Shown here in pieces: positions 21,877 through 34,946 of a DNA stretch of 64,000 nt. A program made the position numbers and the translations under genes. Positions within the stretch are counted from its first letter, which is position 1, and each line of letters opens with the position of its first letter. Source of the stretch: an uncultured Pseudomonadota bacterium (GTDB taxonomy: Bacteria > Pseudomonadota > Alphaproteobacteria > JACZXZ01); assembly GCA_963749075.1 (NCBI GenBank), contig CAVVLJ010000022.1, forward strand, positions 32,001-96,000. The letters run 5' to 3'. Under the pieces are notes generated by a model. The model searched no databases. It saw nothing but the letters and a program-made list of their open reading frames with translations, and was not told where the DNA came from.

Positions 21877-23742
21877 ATGGCCCTCTCTCCACAGTTCCTC
21901 GACGAGCTGCGCGCCCGCATCGGGCTGGTCGAGGCGATCTCGCGGCGCGTCAAGCTCCAGCGCAAGGGGCGCGAGCATCTCGGCCTCTGCCCGTTCCACA
22001 ACGAGAAGACGCCCTCCTTCACGGTCAACGAGGAGAAGGGCTTCTTCCATTGCTTCGGCTGCGGCGCCCACGGCGACGTCATCGGCTTCGTCATGCGCAG
22101 CGAGCATCTGAGCTTCCCGGAGGCCGTCGAGCGCCTCGCCGCCGAGGCGGGCTTGGCCGTGCCCCAGTCCTCGCCGGAGGAGCGCGCCCACGCCGAGAGG
22201 CTCAAGACGCTCGGCAGCGCGCTCGAGGCCGCCTCAGCCTTCTACGAAGCGCAGCTCAAGGCGGCTCCGGGACGCGAGGCGCTCGACTATCTCAGGCGGC
22301 GCGGTCTCGAGGAGGTGACCATCGCGCGCTTCCGGCTGGGCTTCGCACCCGAGGGCGGCGCGCTCAAGAGCCGGCTCCTCAAGGACGGCTACGGCGAGGC
22401 GCTGCTGCTCGAGGCCGGCCTCGTCGCCAAGAGCGAGGAGCGCAACGAGACCTTCGACTACTTCCGCGGCCGCGTGATGTTCCCCATCGCGGACGCGCGC
22501 GGGCGCATCGCGGCCTTCGGCGCGCGCGCGCTGGGCGATGCCCAGCCCAAGTACATCAACTCGCGCGAAAGCGAGCTCTTCCACAAGGGGAGGATGCTCT
22601 ACGGCCTCGCCCACGCCCGGCGGGGTGCTGCCGAGAGCGGCCGGCTCATCGTGGTCGAGGGCTACATGGACGTGATCGCGTTGCACCAGGCGGGCTTCAG
22701 CGAGGCCGTGGCGCCCCTCGGCACGGCGCTCACCGAGGCCCAGCTCGCCCAGCTCTGGCGCCTCGTCGACGAGCCCATTCTCTGCTTCGACGGCGACGCG
22801 GCAGGCGAGCGTGCGGCGGCGCGCGCCGCGGAGCGCGCGCTCTCATTGCTCAAGCCCGGCAAATCCCTGCGCTTCGTGCGCCTGCCGGCGGGCGAGGATC
22901 CGGACACCCTCCTCCGGCAGCAAGGTGCCGCGGCCATGGGCGAGCTCTTCGCCAATGCCCGGCCGCTCGTCGATCTCGTGTGGGAGCTCGAGATCGCCGT
23001 CCATCCCGCCGATACGCCCGAGCGCAAGGCCCGGCTCAAGGAGCGCATCGAGCAGACCGCCCGGCGCATCGCCGATGACGCGGTGCAGAAGAGCTATCGG
23101 CAGGAGCTCTGGGCCCGTTACCATCAGCGCTTCGCCGCCGCCGCCGGGGGCGGCTTTACGGGTCGCCACGCTGCCCGGCCGGCCGGCCGGGCTGGGCGCG
23201 AGCCGACCGCCACTGGGCTCATGGGGCCGCGAAAGCCCGAATCGCTGCTGTTGCTCGCCCAACAGGCATTGGTCGCGGCAATCGTGAACCACCCGGCTCT
23301 ACTCGACCAACTCGCCGAGCCATTCGGAACCTTTGAGCTGCCGAATGAGGAACTTGACAATTTGCGGGGTGCAATCATAAACGCCAAGACGGCGAACCCG
23401 GATATTGACTCCGAGCAGCTTAAAGACCACCTAAGGTCATCCAGATACAGTGGAATTCTCGACCGTGTCCTGACACGGGAGGTCTACGCGGCAGCGCCCT
23501 TCGCCAATCCCGCCCTCGATCTCTCGGCGGCGGCGACGGGGTGGCGACACAGTTACGAGCTGCTCGCGCGGCGGCGCGCGCGGCTCGACATCGACGAGGC
23601 GGAGCGCGAGCACGCCGAGCACATGAGCGAGGAAAGCCTGACCCGCCTGCGCGCGCTGCAGCGTCAGATCGCCGAGGAGGAGCGCAAGGCGGTCGAGCTG
23701 GAGCGGGACGACGACCTGCTGCGCAAGACCAAGGCGAGGTGA
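21877..23742 (+). CDS. dnaG: DNA primase
   Basis: CPFHNEKTPSF zinc finger, KYINS, VEGYMD, FDGD.AG, DPD. Confidence 0.96.
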   Translation: MALSPQFLDELRARIGLVEAISRRVKLQRKGREHLGLCPFHNEKTPSFTVNEEKGFFHCFGCGAHGDVIGFVMRSEHLSFPEAVERLAAEAGLAVPQSSPEERAHAERLKTLGSALEAASAFYEAQLKAAPGREALDYLRRRGLEEVTIARFRLGFAPEGGALKSRLLKDGYGEALLLEAGLVAKSEERNETFDYFRGRVMFPIADARGRIAAFGARALGDAQPKYINSRESELFHKGRMLYGLAHARRGAAESGRLIVVEGYMDVIALHQAGFSEAVAPLGTALTEAQLAQLWRLVDEPILCFDGDAAGERAAARAAERALSLLKPGKSLRFVRLPAGEDPDTLLRQQGAAAMGELFANARPLVDLVWELEIAVHPADTPERKARLKERIEQTARRIADDAVQKSYRQELWARYHQRFAAAAGGGFTGRHAARPAGRAGREPTATGLMGPRKPESLLLLAQQALVAAIVNHPALLDQLAEPFGTFELPNEELDNLRGAIINAKTANPDIDSEQLKDHLRSSRYSGILDRVLTREVYAAAPFANPALDLSAAATGWRHSYELLARRRARLDIDEAEREHAEHMSEESLTRLRALQRQIAEEERKAVELERDDDLLRKTKAR

Positions 23743-23815
23743 GTGAGGGGAGCGCTCTCGTGATTCGGGGGGTGCTGTCGTTGATTTCATCGGGTCGAAA
23801 GGGAGCGACGGCGGC

Positions 23816-25852
<2,037 letters not shown>

Positions 25853-25855
25853 AGT

Positions 25856-25939
25856 CGGACGACGGAGGACGGACGACAGATGACGGATAAGGCGCAGAGG
25901 CTCTCGTTCCGTCGTCTGTCGTCCGTCGTCCGTCTTCTG
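25856..25939. repeat. Heptamer-built palindromic element, copy 2
   Basis: CGGACGACGGAGGACGGACGACAGATGACGGA...TCCGTCGTCTGTCGTCCGTCGTCCG, between rpoD and the tRNA. Confidence 0.75.
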
Positions 25940-25943
25940 GCAG

Positions 25944-26020
25944 GGGCCCGTAGTTCAGCTGGTTAGAACGCACCGCTCATAACGGTGTTGTCGCAGGTTC
26001 GAGTCCTGCCGGGCCCACCA
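25944..26020 (+). tRNA. tRNA with CAT anticodon, probably Ile2 (lysidine-modified), not initiator
   Basis: 77-nt cloverleaf: acceptor GGGCCCG/CGGGCCC, anticodon loop CTCATAA, TTCGA T-loop, encoded CCA. G1-C72 pair excludes fMet. Ile2 versus elongator Met is inferred. Confidence 0.92.
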
Positions 26021-26021
26021 G
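25974..26021 (+). repeat. attL (tRNA 3' half) of the genomic island
   Basis: Matches 61423-61470 at 47/48 bp. Confidence 0.9.
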
Positions 26022-26062
26022 CATTTCAATGACTTAGCCATATTGTGTTTCGGCGACTTCAC

Positions 26063-26085
26063 TCCGTAAGTGCACGGTAAGTGCA
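26063..26085 (+). repeat. Putative integrase arm-type sites (left)
   Basis: TCCGTAAGTGCACGGTAAGTGCA, 22/23 identical to 61271-61293. Confidence 0.7.
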
Positions 26086-26413
26086 GCATTCGGCGGCACG
26101 TTTTGACGAGCATAGGCGAACGTCCGCGACCGATATTTTGACCCGTTATGTACGTTGGGGGGATTGACAGTAAGCGGCCGTCACTCGCGACAGACAGCAC
26201 TTCCGAAAAGTGCCAATTGCGGACTCCGTCCGTGCCTCCGAGAATGGTTTGCCCAGCCCTCGACCATCGTTCGGGCGCCCGAGGTGCCGGTTGCCGTCTG
26301 CACCCCGGGTCTGGATTGCAGGAAGGCCCGAAAGGTGAGAATATTCACGCTAGATCGGGAGTCATCTGGGGAATCCCGGATAATATAGGCGCTGGACCAC
26401 TCGGTGGAGGTCC

Positions 26414-28576
26414 GTGATGCGTGTCAAAATTCTACTATGGGCAATTCTCTGGATTGACACGTTAAGCTACGCTACTGCTGGAGCGCAAAGTGCGGCAGAC
26501 CAGGCTGCCGGCTATCGTGCCCTCGAAGCCGAGTCGGCTAGTCGTCTCCAGTTGGAAGGCGCCGTCCTTTATCAAAACGATCCCCAGAAGTCGGACGCCT
26601 ACTCCTATTGCCGTCGAGCCGTTCAGCTGGCCAAGCAGGGTGAATTTCGGCTAGCTATTCGGGCCGCGAGCATGGCTCTCTTCCTCGGCAAGAAGAATTC
26701 GGACCTTTATCTGCAATCCAGGGCGGAGCGTGACTTGGCCATGGCCTATAGCTTTGCCGGCGACTTGGAGCACGCTAAGGCATATGCGGAAAGTGCCATA
26801 TCGGACGTTGCAATGGCCAGGCCGCCGCGGAATTTTGAAACCTTTGAGGTCTCTGCGAGTGCGAATAAGACTATCGGCGACGTCTACTTACGTCAGGGCA
26901 AGGCAGTAATAGCGATACAAAGGTATGAAGAGGCGCTTCGCCTTGCGCGACAATCCAACAGCGTTGGGATGAGATTCAGCATTGGGATGGAATTCCTGAG
27001 CCTGATTCGAACTTCGATAGCGAACGCGCTGCTGGCAAATGGCGACGTTGACAAGGCGAAGCGTCTCCTGCTCGAGCTCGATTCTGAATCCGGGGGCCGA
27101 AGTCACGCATACACACAGCGCGCTCTGGGCAATGTTGCGATCGCTGAAAAGAAGTGGGATGAGGCAATTAGTCATTTCAAAGCCTTGGCTTCGGCACAAG
27201 GTGATACCGACTCCAACCAACTATGGGCCCTCGATGGAATTGCCAGAGCGAAGCGAGCCTCGGGCGATCAATCCGGGGCGCTTTCCGCTTACCTCGAAGC
27301 GGTCGGTGCTGCCGAAAGGATTAGAGCTCGGTTTCATAGCGATGAATTTCGTGCCGGTTTTTTTGGCGATACGCAGCGGATATTCGACGAACTTATCGAA
27401 CTGATGATTCGATCCGGGCACTCGCAAGAGGCATTTGACGTCAGTGAACGAAGCCGCAGCCGTGCACTATTAGACATGGTACGGGACCGTATTGCCGTGA
27501 GTTTTGGCGATACATCATTCCCCATCGAGGCCGCGCGGTCGACTTCCTGGCGCGAGGTTATTGCGATGCTGCCGCCAAACGCGGCGCTCGTCGTCTACCA
27601 CGTCTTGCCTAGTTTCACCGTGGCCTGGACCCTCCGGCGTTCTGGCATCGCCGTGTCAACCCTTCAAATACGCAGTGACCAACTTGCATCCGACGTGCTC
27701 GCATTCCGGGAGGCAATCCAGCATCGCACGGATGCGACAGCAGAGGCACGCATGCTCTATGAGACCCTCATAAGCCCACTGGGTCTCGAGCCCGGCGAAT
27801 CGCTCATTATCGTCCCCTACGGACCGCTGCATTACCTGCCGTTTCAAGCCCTGAAGGGGCCGAACGGCTATCTGGCTATGGAGCGAGCGATCTCCTACGC
27901 ACCGTCGGCCAGCGCACTCGTAGCTATTATGGCGCGTGACCCGGCGTCAAATGGCCAGGTTGTTGCCTTTGGCGATCCCGACTTGGGTTCGGTGAGACTT
28001 GCATTGCCGGGGGCTGCTCGAGAGGTGGAGGAAATCCAAAAACTGTTTCCAAAGGCCGAGGTTTATGAACGGGAACGAGCGACAAAAACAGCGTTGATCG
28101 AGAAAGCCCCCGAAAGCTGGGTACTCCATCTTGCTGCACACGCTGACTTAGATGCCGTAGATCCTTTGCATTCCTCCATACTCCTGAGTGCCACCCCGAC
28201 GGTACCTGGTACCCTAGAGGCGGCGGAGGTCTACGGCTTGAATCTTCATCTCACGCGGATCGCCGCGCTCAGTGGTTGCGATACCGGGCTCGGCAATGTT
28301 TCGCGCGGCGATGAGATTTGGGGTTTCACGCGGAGTTTTCTCGGCGCGGGAGTTTCAACGCTTCTTGTTTCACTTTGGCCGGTCGAAGACGCATCGACGG
28401 AACGACTGATGGCTGCATTCTACCGAGAGGTGCGGGACCATCCTGCCAACGAGGCATTGCGGACGGCTCAACGCGCGGTGTTTGATGACACCCAATTCAG
28501 GGATCCGTTTTTTTGGGCAGCGTTCGACCTCATGGGAGATTGGCGTGCCCTTAATGGCGCCAAAGCAGTTCACTGA
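26414..28576 (+). CDS. Secreted TPR + CHAT (caspase-like) domain protein
   Basis: Signal-peptide-like N-terminus, TPR-like helices, ERSRSRALLD, LPGAAREV, HLAAH, LSGCDTG, SLWPVED, PFFWAAF. Confidence 0.85.
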   Translation: MMRVKILLWAILWIDTLSYATAGAQSAADQAAGYRALEAESASRLQLEGAVLYQNDPQKSDAYSYCRRAVQLAKQGEFRLAIRAASMALFLGKKNSDLYLQSRAERDLAMAYSFAGDLEHAKAYAESAISDVAMARPPRNFETFEVSASANKTIGDVYLRQGKAVIAIQRYEEALRLARQSNSVGMRFSIGMEFLSLIRTSIANALLANGDVDKAKRLLLELDSESGGRSHAYTQRALGNVAIAEKKWDEAISHFKALASAQGDTDSNQLWALDGIARAKRASGDQSGALSAYLEAVGAAERIRARFHSDEFRAGFFGDTQRIFDELIELMIRSGHSQEAFDVSERSRSRALLDMVRDRIAVSFGDTSFPIEAARSTSWREVIAMLPPNAALVVYHVLPSFTVAWTLRRSGIAVSTLQIRSDQLASDVLAFREAIQHRTDATAEARMLYETLISPLGLEPGESLIIVPYGPLHYLPFQALKGPNGYLAMERAISYAPSASALVAIMARDPASNGQVVAFGDPDLGSVRLALPGAAREVEEIQKLFPKAEVYERERATKTALIEKAPESWVLHLAAHADLDAVDPLHSSILLSATPTVPGTLEAAEVYGLNLHLTRIAALSGCDTGLGNVSRGDEIWGFTRSFLGAGVSTLLVSLWPVEDASTERLMAAFYREVRDHPANEALRTAQRAVFDDTQFRDPFFWAAFDLMGDWRALNGAKAVH

Positions 28577-29100
28577 CGCTTTGCGGTCGGGATTGTTCGA
28601 CGAATGTCCTTGCGAAATGAAGCGATTTCATAGTGATTAGGCCGAGCGTGTGCACATAACGCTGGTGATGCGTCGTTAACCCGCTTGAAAGCCTGACATA
28701 CAGTCGTGCCCCCATGAGTAGCTGTGGTCCCCAGATTGTATCTGCGCGAACTGAGTACGAAATGGGGCTTTCGCACTAAGCCGTTCCTTGCGCCCCTCCA
28801 GTGGAACCTCCGACTGCCCGAAAGCATTGGCTATCACGGCACTTCCTGGCGGGCGCCGCGGCGGCAAGTCTTATTCAGTCGAGCTACGCGAGTTATGATG
28901 GGTTTTCTGTGGTGTCCTGGGTCGGCACGGACGCATGTCTCTCATGGGTCAAAGTGAGAAGTGCCGCCGTGGTATTCCATGTCCGGTTAGCGGCTGGTAC
29001 CGGAAAAGTTCGTTCACCAAGCGCGACTATGCTTTGGCCGCAAGGCTGATTTGGCATATCATTGCGGGCAAGCTTAGGTCATTTGGGGAATGTCAACCCA

Positions 29101-30439
29101 TGAGCTGGTCCTGGTTGTTCGGACAGGTGGCAGCGGATTTAAGGTGTATTCGGGATGCTGATCACGCTGCCAAGACTCGAATCATGTTGAAGGCTTTTTG
29201 TTGCTGTTGGGCCTGTGGAGATGTGGGCAAGGCGTTAGCCTTGTCCATCATATCCACAGGCCGCCGGCTCGAGTAGGCTTCCGCAGGCGTGCCGCCGTCA
29301 AGCGCCGAGTGCGGCCGCTCGGTGTTGTAGAAGGCGATCCACTCGCCGATGACACGCTCGGCCGCGAAGCCATCCGTCATCTCGTGCAGGTAGACGGCCT
29401 CGTATTTCAACGAGCGCCAGAGGCGCTCGATGAAGATGTTGTCCAGGCACCGCCCCCGCCCGTCCATCGAGATCGCGATCTCCGCGCCCTTGAGCACGCC
29501 GGTGAAGTCGAGGCTGGTGAACTGGCTGCCCTGGTCGGTGTTGAAAATCTCGGGCCGGCCGTAGTCGGCCAGCGCCTCGTTCAGCGCCGCGATGCAGAAC
29601 CCGGCATCCATGGTGTTCGACAGCCGCCACGCCAGGACATGGCGCGTCGCCCAGTCCATGATCGCGACCAGATAGAGGAAGCCGCGCCGCACCGGGATGT
29701 AGGTGATGTCGGCGCACCAGACCTGATCGGGGCGCTCCACCGCCACGTCCCGCAGCAGATAGGGATAGACCCGGTGCCCCGGGTGCGGCGTGCTGGTTCT
29801 CGGCGCCTGGTAGATCGCCGCCAGGCCCATGAGGCGCATCAGCCGCCGGACCCGGTGGCGGCCGGCCGCGATATCCTCCCGCCGCAACTGGCGCACCATT
29901 TGCCGGCTGCCGTAGAAGGGGCAGCGCAGAAACAGCTCGTCGATGCGGCGCATCAGCGCCAGGTTCTCCGGGCTCTCGCCCCGGGGGGCGCAATAGAACG
30001 ACGAGCGGCTGATCGCGAGAAGCCGGCATTGGCGGCTCAAGCTCAAGCCGGGGTGGCCGGGCGTGATCATCGCCTTGCGCTCCTCCCGGCTCATCGCTTG
30101 AGCCCTCTGGCCAAAAAATCCCGTTCCACCGTCAACTGCCCGATCTTGGCGTGGAGATCGCGAACCTCGCTCTCGTGATCCTGGCGCTCGCGGTCCACCC
30201 CGCTCGAGAACACATCGCCCAAGCCCTCGATCGCTTGGCGCTTCCACGTGCTCACCTGGTTCGGATGCACCTTGTGCTTCGCCGCGATCTCCTGAACCGT
30301 CTTGTCGCCCCGCAACGCCTCCAGGGCTACCCGGGCCTTGAAATCGCCCGCAAACCGCCGTCTCATCGTCATCGCGTACTCCTCCGTTATCCGGCGGAAT
30401 ACACCTTAGCACCCTGTCCGATTTTCCAGGACCAGCTCA
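29101..30439 (-). mobile_element. IS3-family insertion sequence
   Basis: Terminal inverted repeats TGAGCTGGTCCTGG..TCGGACAGG at both ends, with orfA/orfB organisation. Confidence 0.92.
29162..30372 (-). CDS. IS3 transposase OrfA (30091-30372) / OrfB (DDE), overlapping frames
   Basis: OrfA HTH FKARVALEAL. OrfB WCADITY, FNTDQGSQF, DNIFIERLWRSLKYE. Slippery GATTTTTTG near the overlap. Confidence 0.9.
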
Positions 30440-31053
30440 AAAAACTCCTTCGCACGCTCAAGATCTCTTCGGATGACGCACGATCTCTTCGGATGACGCA
30501 CGATCGTGCCGTGTGCTTTCAGAAGTCTCATATGCGGTTGAAGACTATATGCGCCTGGAGACGGAGTCGGAGGGCTTGTACGTTTCGACAAGCGATCGCG
30601 GCCTTTTGAAGAAGGTTGCGAAAAAGGCCAAAGATCTCGTTGATACTCTCGAGAAACTGCCACGAGGTGCTCGCAACGCCTTCAAAACATTCAAGCCCCC
30701 GCGAATTCGGAAACCATCTGGCGATGACTTGCCAAAAGTGCTCTCTCACGCAAAAAGTGCCGCAGAGATCATAATGCAAATTGTCTCCGAGATCAGCGAA
30801 CCCCGTTCGGGGGGGCGCCCCCAATCATTTTTCGATTAACCAATTCGTTGAGCACTTGGCCAAGTCCTGGGAGGCGGCAACCGGAAAGGAGTTCAACCGA
30901 TCTACCAACGATGACAATGCGTGCGACTTTGTCAAAGAGGTTGCTAAACTCGCCGGGCTTCAAATTCCCGAAAAATCAATTCTGACGTGCATAAAGGAAT
31001 TTGTTGCTCACCCTCCTCGCAAAATCCGCCCGCGACGCATTCCATCTAAATAA
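30440..31053 (+). pseudogene. Fragmented island hypothetical gene, truncated by IS3
   Basis: Overlapping ORFs 30513-30839 and 30781-31053 in different frames, and a 20-bp tandem duplication at 30462-30501. Confidence 0.4.
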
Positions 31054-31286
31054 TATCCCCGATAATTTTTGCCGATATTACGACGTACAAAGCGATTTTG
31101 GCGGTCGCTAGCACCGTGACGTGCAGCACTGCCGTCGCGCAGCTCTTCAATCCTCTTCACGATCATCGGCGATAGTTGACCGAGCTCGACCATGCTCGCG
31201 GCCATGGCTTCCGCAGCTGGCTTATTTATGGCGCGCGCGCTCGCGCTTCGGAATATTTGCGCCATCGTGATCGATTCGACCTTCAT
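31008..31286 (-). pseudogene. ParB N-terminal-like fragment
   Basis: R.IN..A.EAMAASMVELGQLSPMIV, but the downstream GxxR motif is not evident. Confidence 0.45.
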
Positions 31287-31632
31287 TTCCTGCCCCTCTT
31301 AAGTTAGAGGATTGCCTATCCGATTTCCGATTAAGGGCAGCGTCTTGAAGTTCAGGCGTGCGCTCCTGATCCCGCAAATCGGTAATGTCCGAAATTTTGT
31401 CGACATGTTCGGCTTGCTTCGAACGCGCCTGGCCGTAAGTTGGCAAGGCAGCAAGCCATCGCTCCGCTTCCGAGACGAGCACCAGCGTTCGCCTACCACA
31501 TTTTTTCACCGAGAGCCGGCCAAACTTGATTTCGGAATAGACTGTTGTGTGACCGACTCCAGCCCAGCGCTCGAATTGCTTGACCGACATCGCCGCTGCG
31601 GTAACCTGTCGATTTGTCTTTGCATCCGGCAT
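31222..31632 (-). CDS. Excisionase-like / AlpA-type DNA-binding protein
   Basis: MSVKQFERWAGVGHTTVYSEIKFGRLSVKKCGRRTLV..SEAERWLAALP. Confidence 0.7.
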   Translation of the reverse strand: MPDAKTNRQVTAAAMSVKQFERWAGVGHTTVYSEIKFGRLSVKKCGRRTLVLVSEAERWLAALPTYGQARSKQAEHVDKISDITDLRDQERTPELQDAALNRKSDRQSSNLRGAGNEGRIDHDGANIPKRERARHK

Positions 31633-31868
31633 CAGTTCGTCCTTCGCGCCGAGCCAGTCTCACGAAAATAGGATAGGCCTCGAAGCGAAAATTACGATCG
31701 GAAGCTGCGCCAAAAATACCCCAGCCGCCGATCGATTACTCGGCGCAGCGTTCAATTGACGACATCACGCCTTCTCTGCCCTTTAGAAGCTGAAGTGCAG
31801 GAGGACGATCGCATGGCCAACAAGACGGCCAATTTTTCTACGATAACCCATCAAATGGAGGAACCACG

Positions 31869-32738
31869 ATGCCTACTGACAGAAACGAGCTGCAGTGTCG
31901 CTTCGTCGAGAAGGCGCCAGCGCTGCAGGATTCACTGACGCGTCAGTTCGCCGAGCTGCGCGGTCGGAAAGCCACTGGACGGCCCGTTGCCGAAGCTGGC
32001 TACAGCGCGGACTCTAACTTGAGCGACGAAACTGCCCGCGAACGGGCCGCCCGCGCAATGTTGTGTCGGCAGCTCGAGCAGAGCTGGGCCGCTAAGACGC
32101 TCGATGGCTTACGGGTGGGGCTCAAGGCCTCATACAGAACCTTCGTCAAAAGGAACCGCGAAACCTTGGATGCAAAGTACGGCACGTGCGGTCGGGTCCT
32201 GGAGGTTTTTCTCTTCGCCTGCAACCGGGGCGAGCTCGGAACGTTGTTGCGTAAATATCGCGCCGCCGGGCTTAAGATTTGGAGCGATACGCATCCAATC
32301 ACGGCGATACTTCGCGGCGAGATCGGCCTCGACGCGGATCGGGCCAATCGGTGGGGCGAGGCCATTCGTTACGCGCTGTCGTGCAATGTGGTGCCGGAAA
32401 ATATGGTTCGGTTCATGCGCGCAAACGGCGGAATCGAAGGCTGCGTGGAAAAATTCCAGGCGATGACGCCAGGCGGGTCGGCTCAAAGTGCCGAAGAAAG
32501 CAGGTCCGCAGTCGGTCCCGAGAGTCGCGCGCCACGTGCTGATCATCATAGCGCGATGGGTGCCCGAACGGCACGGTCGAGCCAGGTTATGGCAGAGGCC
32601 CCGATCCGGTTCACGAAGAGCTATCACCAGGAGCTGAAACGTTTGACGGCGCGGCATCAGAGCATGATGGTGCGCGTCATTGGTCGACTTTCCAAGGACG
32701 GTCACTTGACCCTATGCGGCATCGAAAAGATAAAGTAG
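31869..32738 (+). CDS. Hypothetical protein
   Basis: 289-aa ORF with a GGAGG RBS. Confidence 0.55.
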   Translation: MPTDRNELQCRFVEKAPALQDSLTRQFAELRGRKATGRPVAEAGYSADSNLSDETARERAARAMLCRQLEQSWAAKTLDGLRVGLKASYRTFVKRNRETLDAKYGTCGRVLEVFLFACNRGELGTLLRKYRAAGLKIWSDTHPITAILRGEIGLDADRANRWGEAIRYALSCNVVPENMVRFMRANGGIEGCVEKFQAMTPGGSAQSAEESRSAVGPESRAPRADHHSAMGARTARSSQVMAEAPIRFTKSYHQELKRLTARHQSMMVRVIGRLSKDGHLTLCGIEKIK

Positions 32739-33049
32739 GGGCGTGCCACCAGGGGACGCGCTGACGGTAATCGGTGCTTCCCTTTCTCATCAGCGCGAGT
32801 TGCCCATCGGCACGTGCGCCGACAACTCTGTACCCGGGCAGCGAGGCTAATCAAGCGAACTCGGTTCTTGAGCGCCTACGTCGCGTGCTCGGCGAAAGGA
32901 TATCTATATCCCGGCAAAGCGAGCGATGCGCCGACAGGTTGTAAAAAACAGTGCCGCCTCTGACCAGTTGGCGCCTGTAGGCTCGGAATGTCGGTTCCAC
33001 GAACGAGAGCAACGGCAACACCACGACAACCACATAGGTCGCCGTGATC

Positions 33050-33520
33050 CTGGCGTTAGTTGTCGCCGAGGCTTGGCGGGGTTGGCGTGAGCTTCGGAAA
33101 GCTCCGGCTACGGGCGGCGAGAATGGCAGGGATGATGGAAGAGGACGCGATCCGGCTCTGCGGTCCCGCCACGGCCGTCGGGAAGAGTGGGACGGGCCCC
33201 GCGGGGCCGAACGAAAGGCCAAGCGGGCATCAAGGGGGCCACGAGCCGCCTGCCGAGTTGAGGCGCGACACGATGGCGCAACGCTTGACCGGCACCTGGG
33301 CGATGGCGTAGCCCCCCGAGAGCACGAACCCATCCAAGTGGGCGGTGGCGCACCGGTTCGTGGCACTGTCCGCCCGGTGACGGTACCGGCATCGAGGGGA
33401 AGGCCTGTTGCTCATGACCGCCGTCAGGGCCGACGGTAAGGGCAGCAAGGACCATCTTGGCGTGACCGAGGGACGATGGTTGACGTCGCCATGGAGCGGC
33501 CTGGCTCGACAAGCTGATCG
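33050..33520 (+). pseudogene. Decayed IS256-like transposase remnant
   Basis: Fragments across frames (EAWRG/VGVSFGKL, MMEEDAIRLCGP, GRTKGQAG, ADGKGSKDHLGVTEG) resemble alphaproteobacterial IS256 transposases. Confidence 0.4.
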
Positions 33521-34356
33521 AGCACAGTCAGACCGCGAAGGTGTGGTGATAGTTCATCGTCGAGGGTACCCCGGCGGTCATCTGCATCGAAGATCGTATC
33601 TACGATGTTGGGGGTAAGGGTGGTATAGGAGAGCGGCTTAACCCGACACGCGAAGGCCATAACACTCAGGCGCCGCCGTCGAACGTCGTAGATACGATGT
33701 TGGGGCAAGGGTTCAGGCCAAAGGTAGGTCGGCTAGGGTCACAGGGGCTCGGCGATGAAGGCCGTGAAATAGGCCTCTACGGGGCATTTCCAGATCCGGA
33801 GAGGCCAATTCCAGGGCAGGAAATAGCTCCTAATTCCTTCGCCCGGCTAACCCCCGGGAAGCGGCAATGTGAGGGTGCGAGGCCCACTCGACGTTGTCCT
33901 TGGCAGCCTGCGCCGGCCGATAGTCACCGTCACCACCAGGTCCAGCCATCGACGCGCGGGCTTAGTCGTGTAGTCCCAGAAGGCATGCTGCCTGGCCGGC
34001 GAGAGTCAGGCATGCCGTCAGTAACGCGAACATCGATCGCCCCTCTTTCGGTCCGTCATCCACTCACCCGAGGCCTATAACTTGCCATGCGCGAGCTCCG
34101 CGAGAGGCTACGGACCGGGCCGCTGTGCGCCTGAGATGGGGATTTTCTCGGGTACCAGAGATAATGGTCTGGGGTGGTCGTGTTGACGGGAGATCCATGA
34201 CACGAGCTTACGGATGAAAAGTGATGTGTATTGCCTCTACATGCTGAGATTTAAGCAGTATATATGTCTTGCTAAGCATATACGGGGTACTAACAGCCTA
34301 TATGGGGCACCGAGGGGGAAATCGATATAGACCGACATGTTGGTGCTCGGCTGCGG

Positions 34357-34716
34357 ATGCGTCGAACCATGCTGGGCATGAATCAGTCCCAGCTCGGGAA
34401 ATCAGCTGGCCTCACGTTTCAGCAGATTCAGAAATACGAGAACGGCGCCAATCGCATCAGCGCGAGCAAGCTCTATCTATTTGCGAGCTTCTTGAAGGCA
34501 CCAGTGTCGTTCTTCTTCGAGGGCGTGGAACCCAAAACACGTGGCGCGCGCCGGGGAACCCGCCAAGAAAAGGATCCTCTTTACAAGCGCGAGACATTGG
34601 TTTTCGTACGTGCCTTCGCTCGCATCCAGGCTCCAGCCGTGCGCAGATCGCTGACCAGCCTCATACTCGCGGCGGCAGGGCGCGACGACAGACCAGGGCC
34701 TCGCGCGATGCGCTGA
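34357..34716 (+). CDS. XRE-family regulator, PraR/PhrR-like (true start uncertain)
   Basis: IDRHVGARLRMRRTMLGMNQSQLG...TFQQIQKYENGANRISASKL...VSFFFEG. Homology extends upstream of the first in-frame ATG. Confidence 0.75.
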   Translation: MRRTMLGMNQSQLGKSAGLTFQQIQKYENGANRISASKLYLFASFLKAPVSFFFEGVEPKTRGARRGTRQEKDPLYKRETLVFVRAFARIQAPAVRRSLTSLILAAAGRDDRPGPRAMR

Positions 34717-34946
34717 AACTCGCTCAACCATCGCGCGAGATAGGGGGAAACAGCCATTTCGCACTGAGTCGGATTGGGCCGAGATACGATGGATGACGGC
34801 ATATTGTGGCAGCCAGCCGCCCCGCACGTCGTTATCCTAAGCTGATATTCTGGAAATTTCGGTCGGAGCGTCGCCGTGCCGCATGTCAATCTAGGCAGGG
34901 ACGTTTGCGATGCCATATGGGCATCGACGAGGGGAGAACCACGACG

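Noticed and set aside
28577-29100. Possible small substrate gene for the CHAT protease
   Set aside because: Only short ORFs without a convincing RBS or protein-like pattern.
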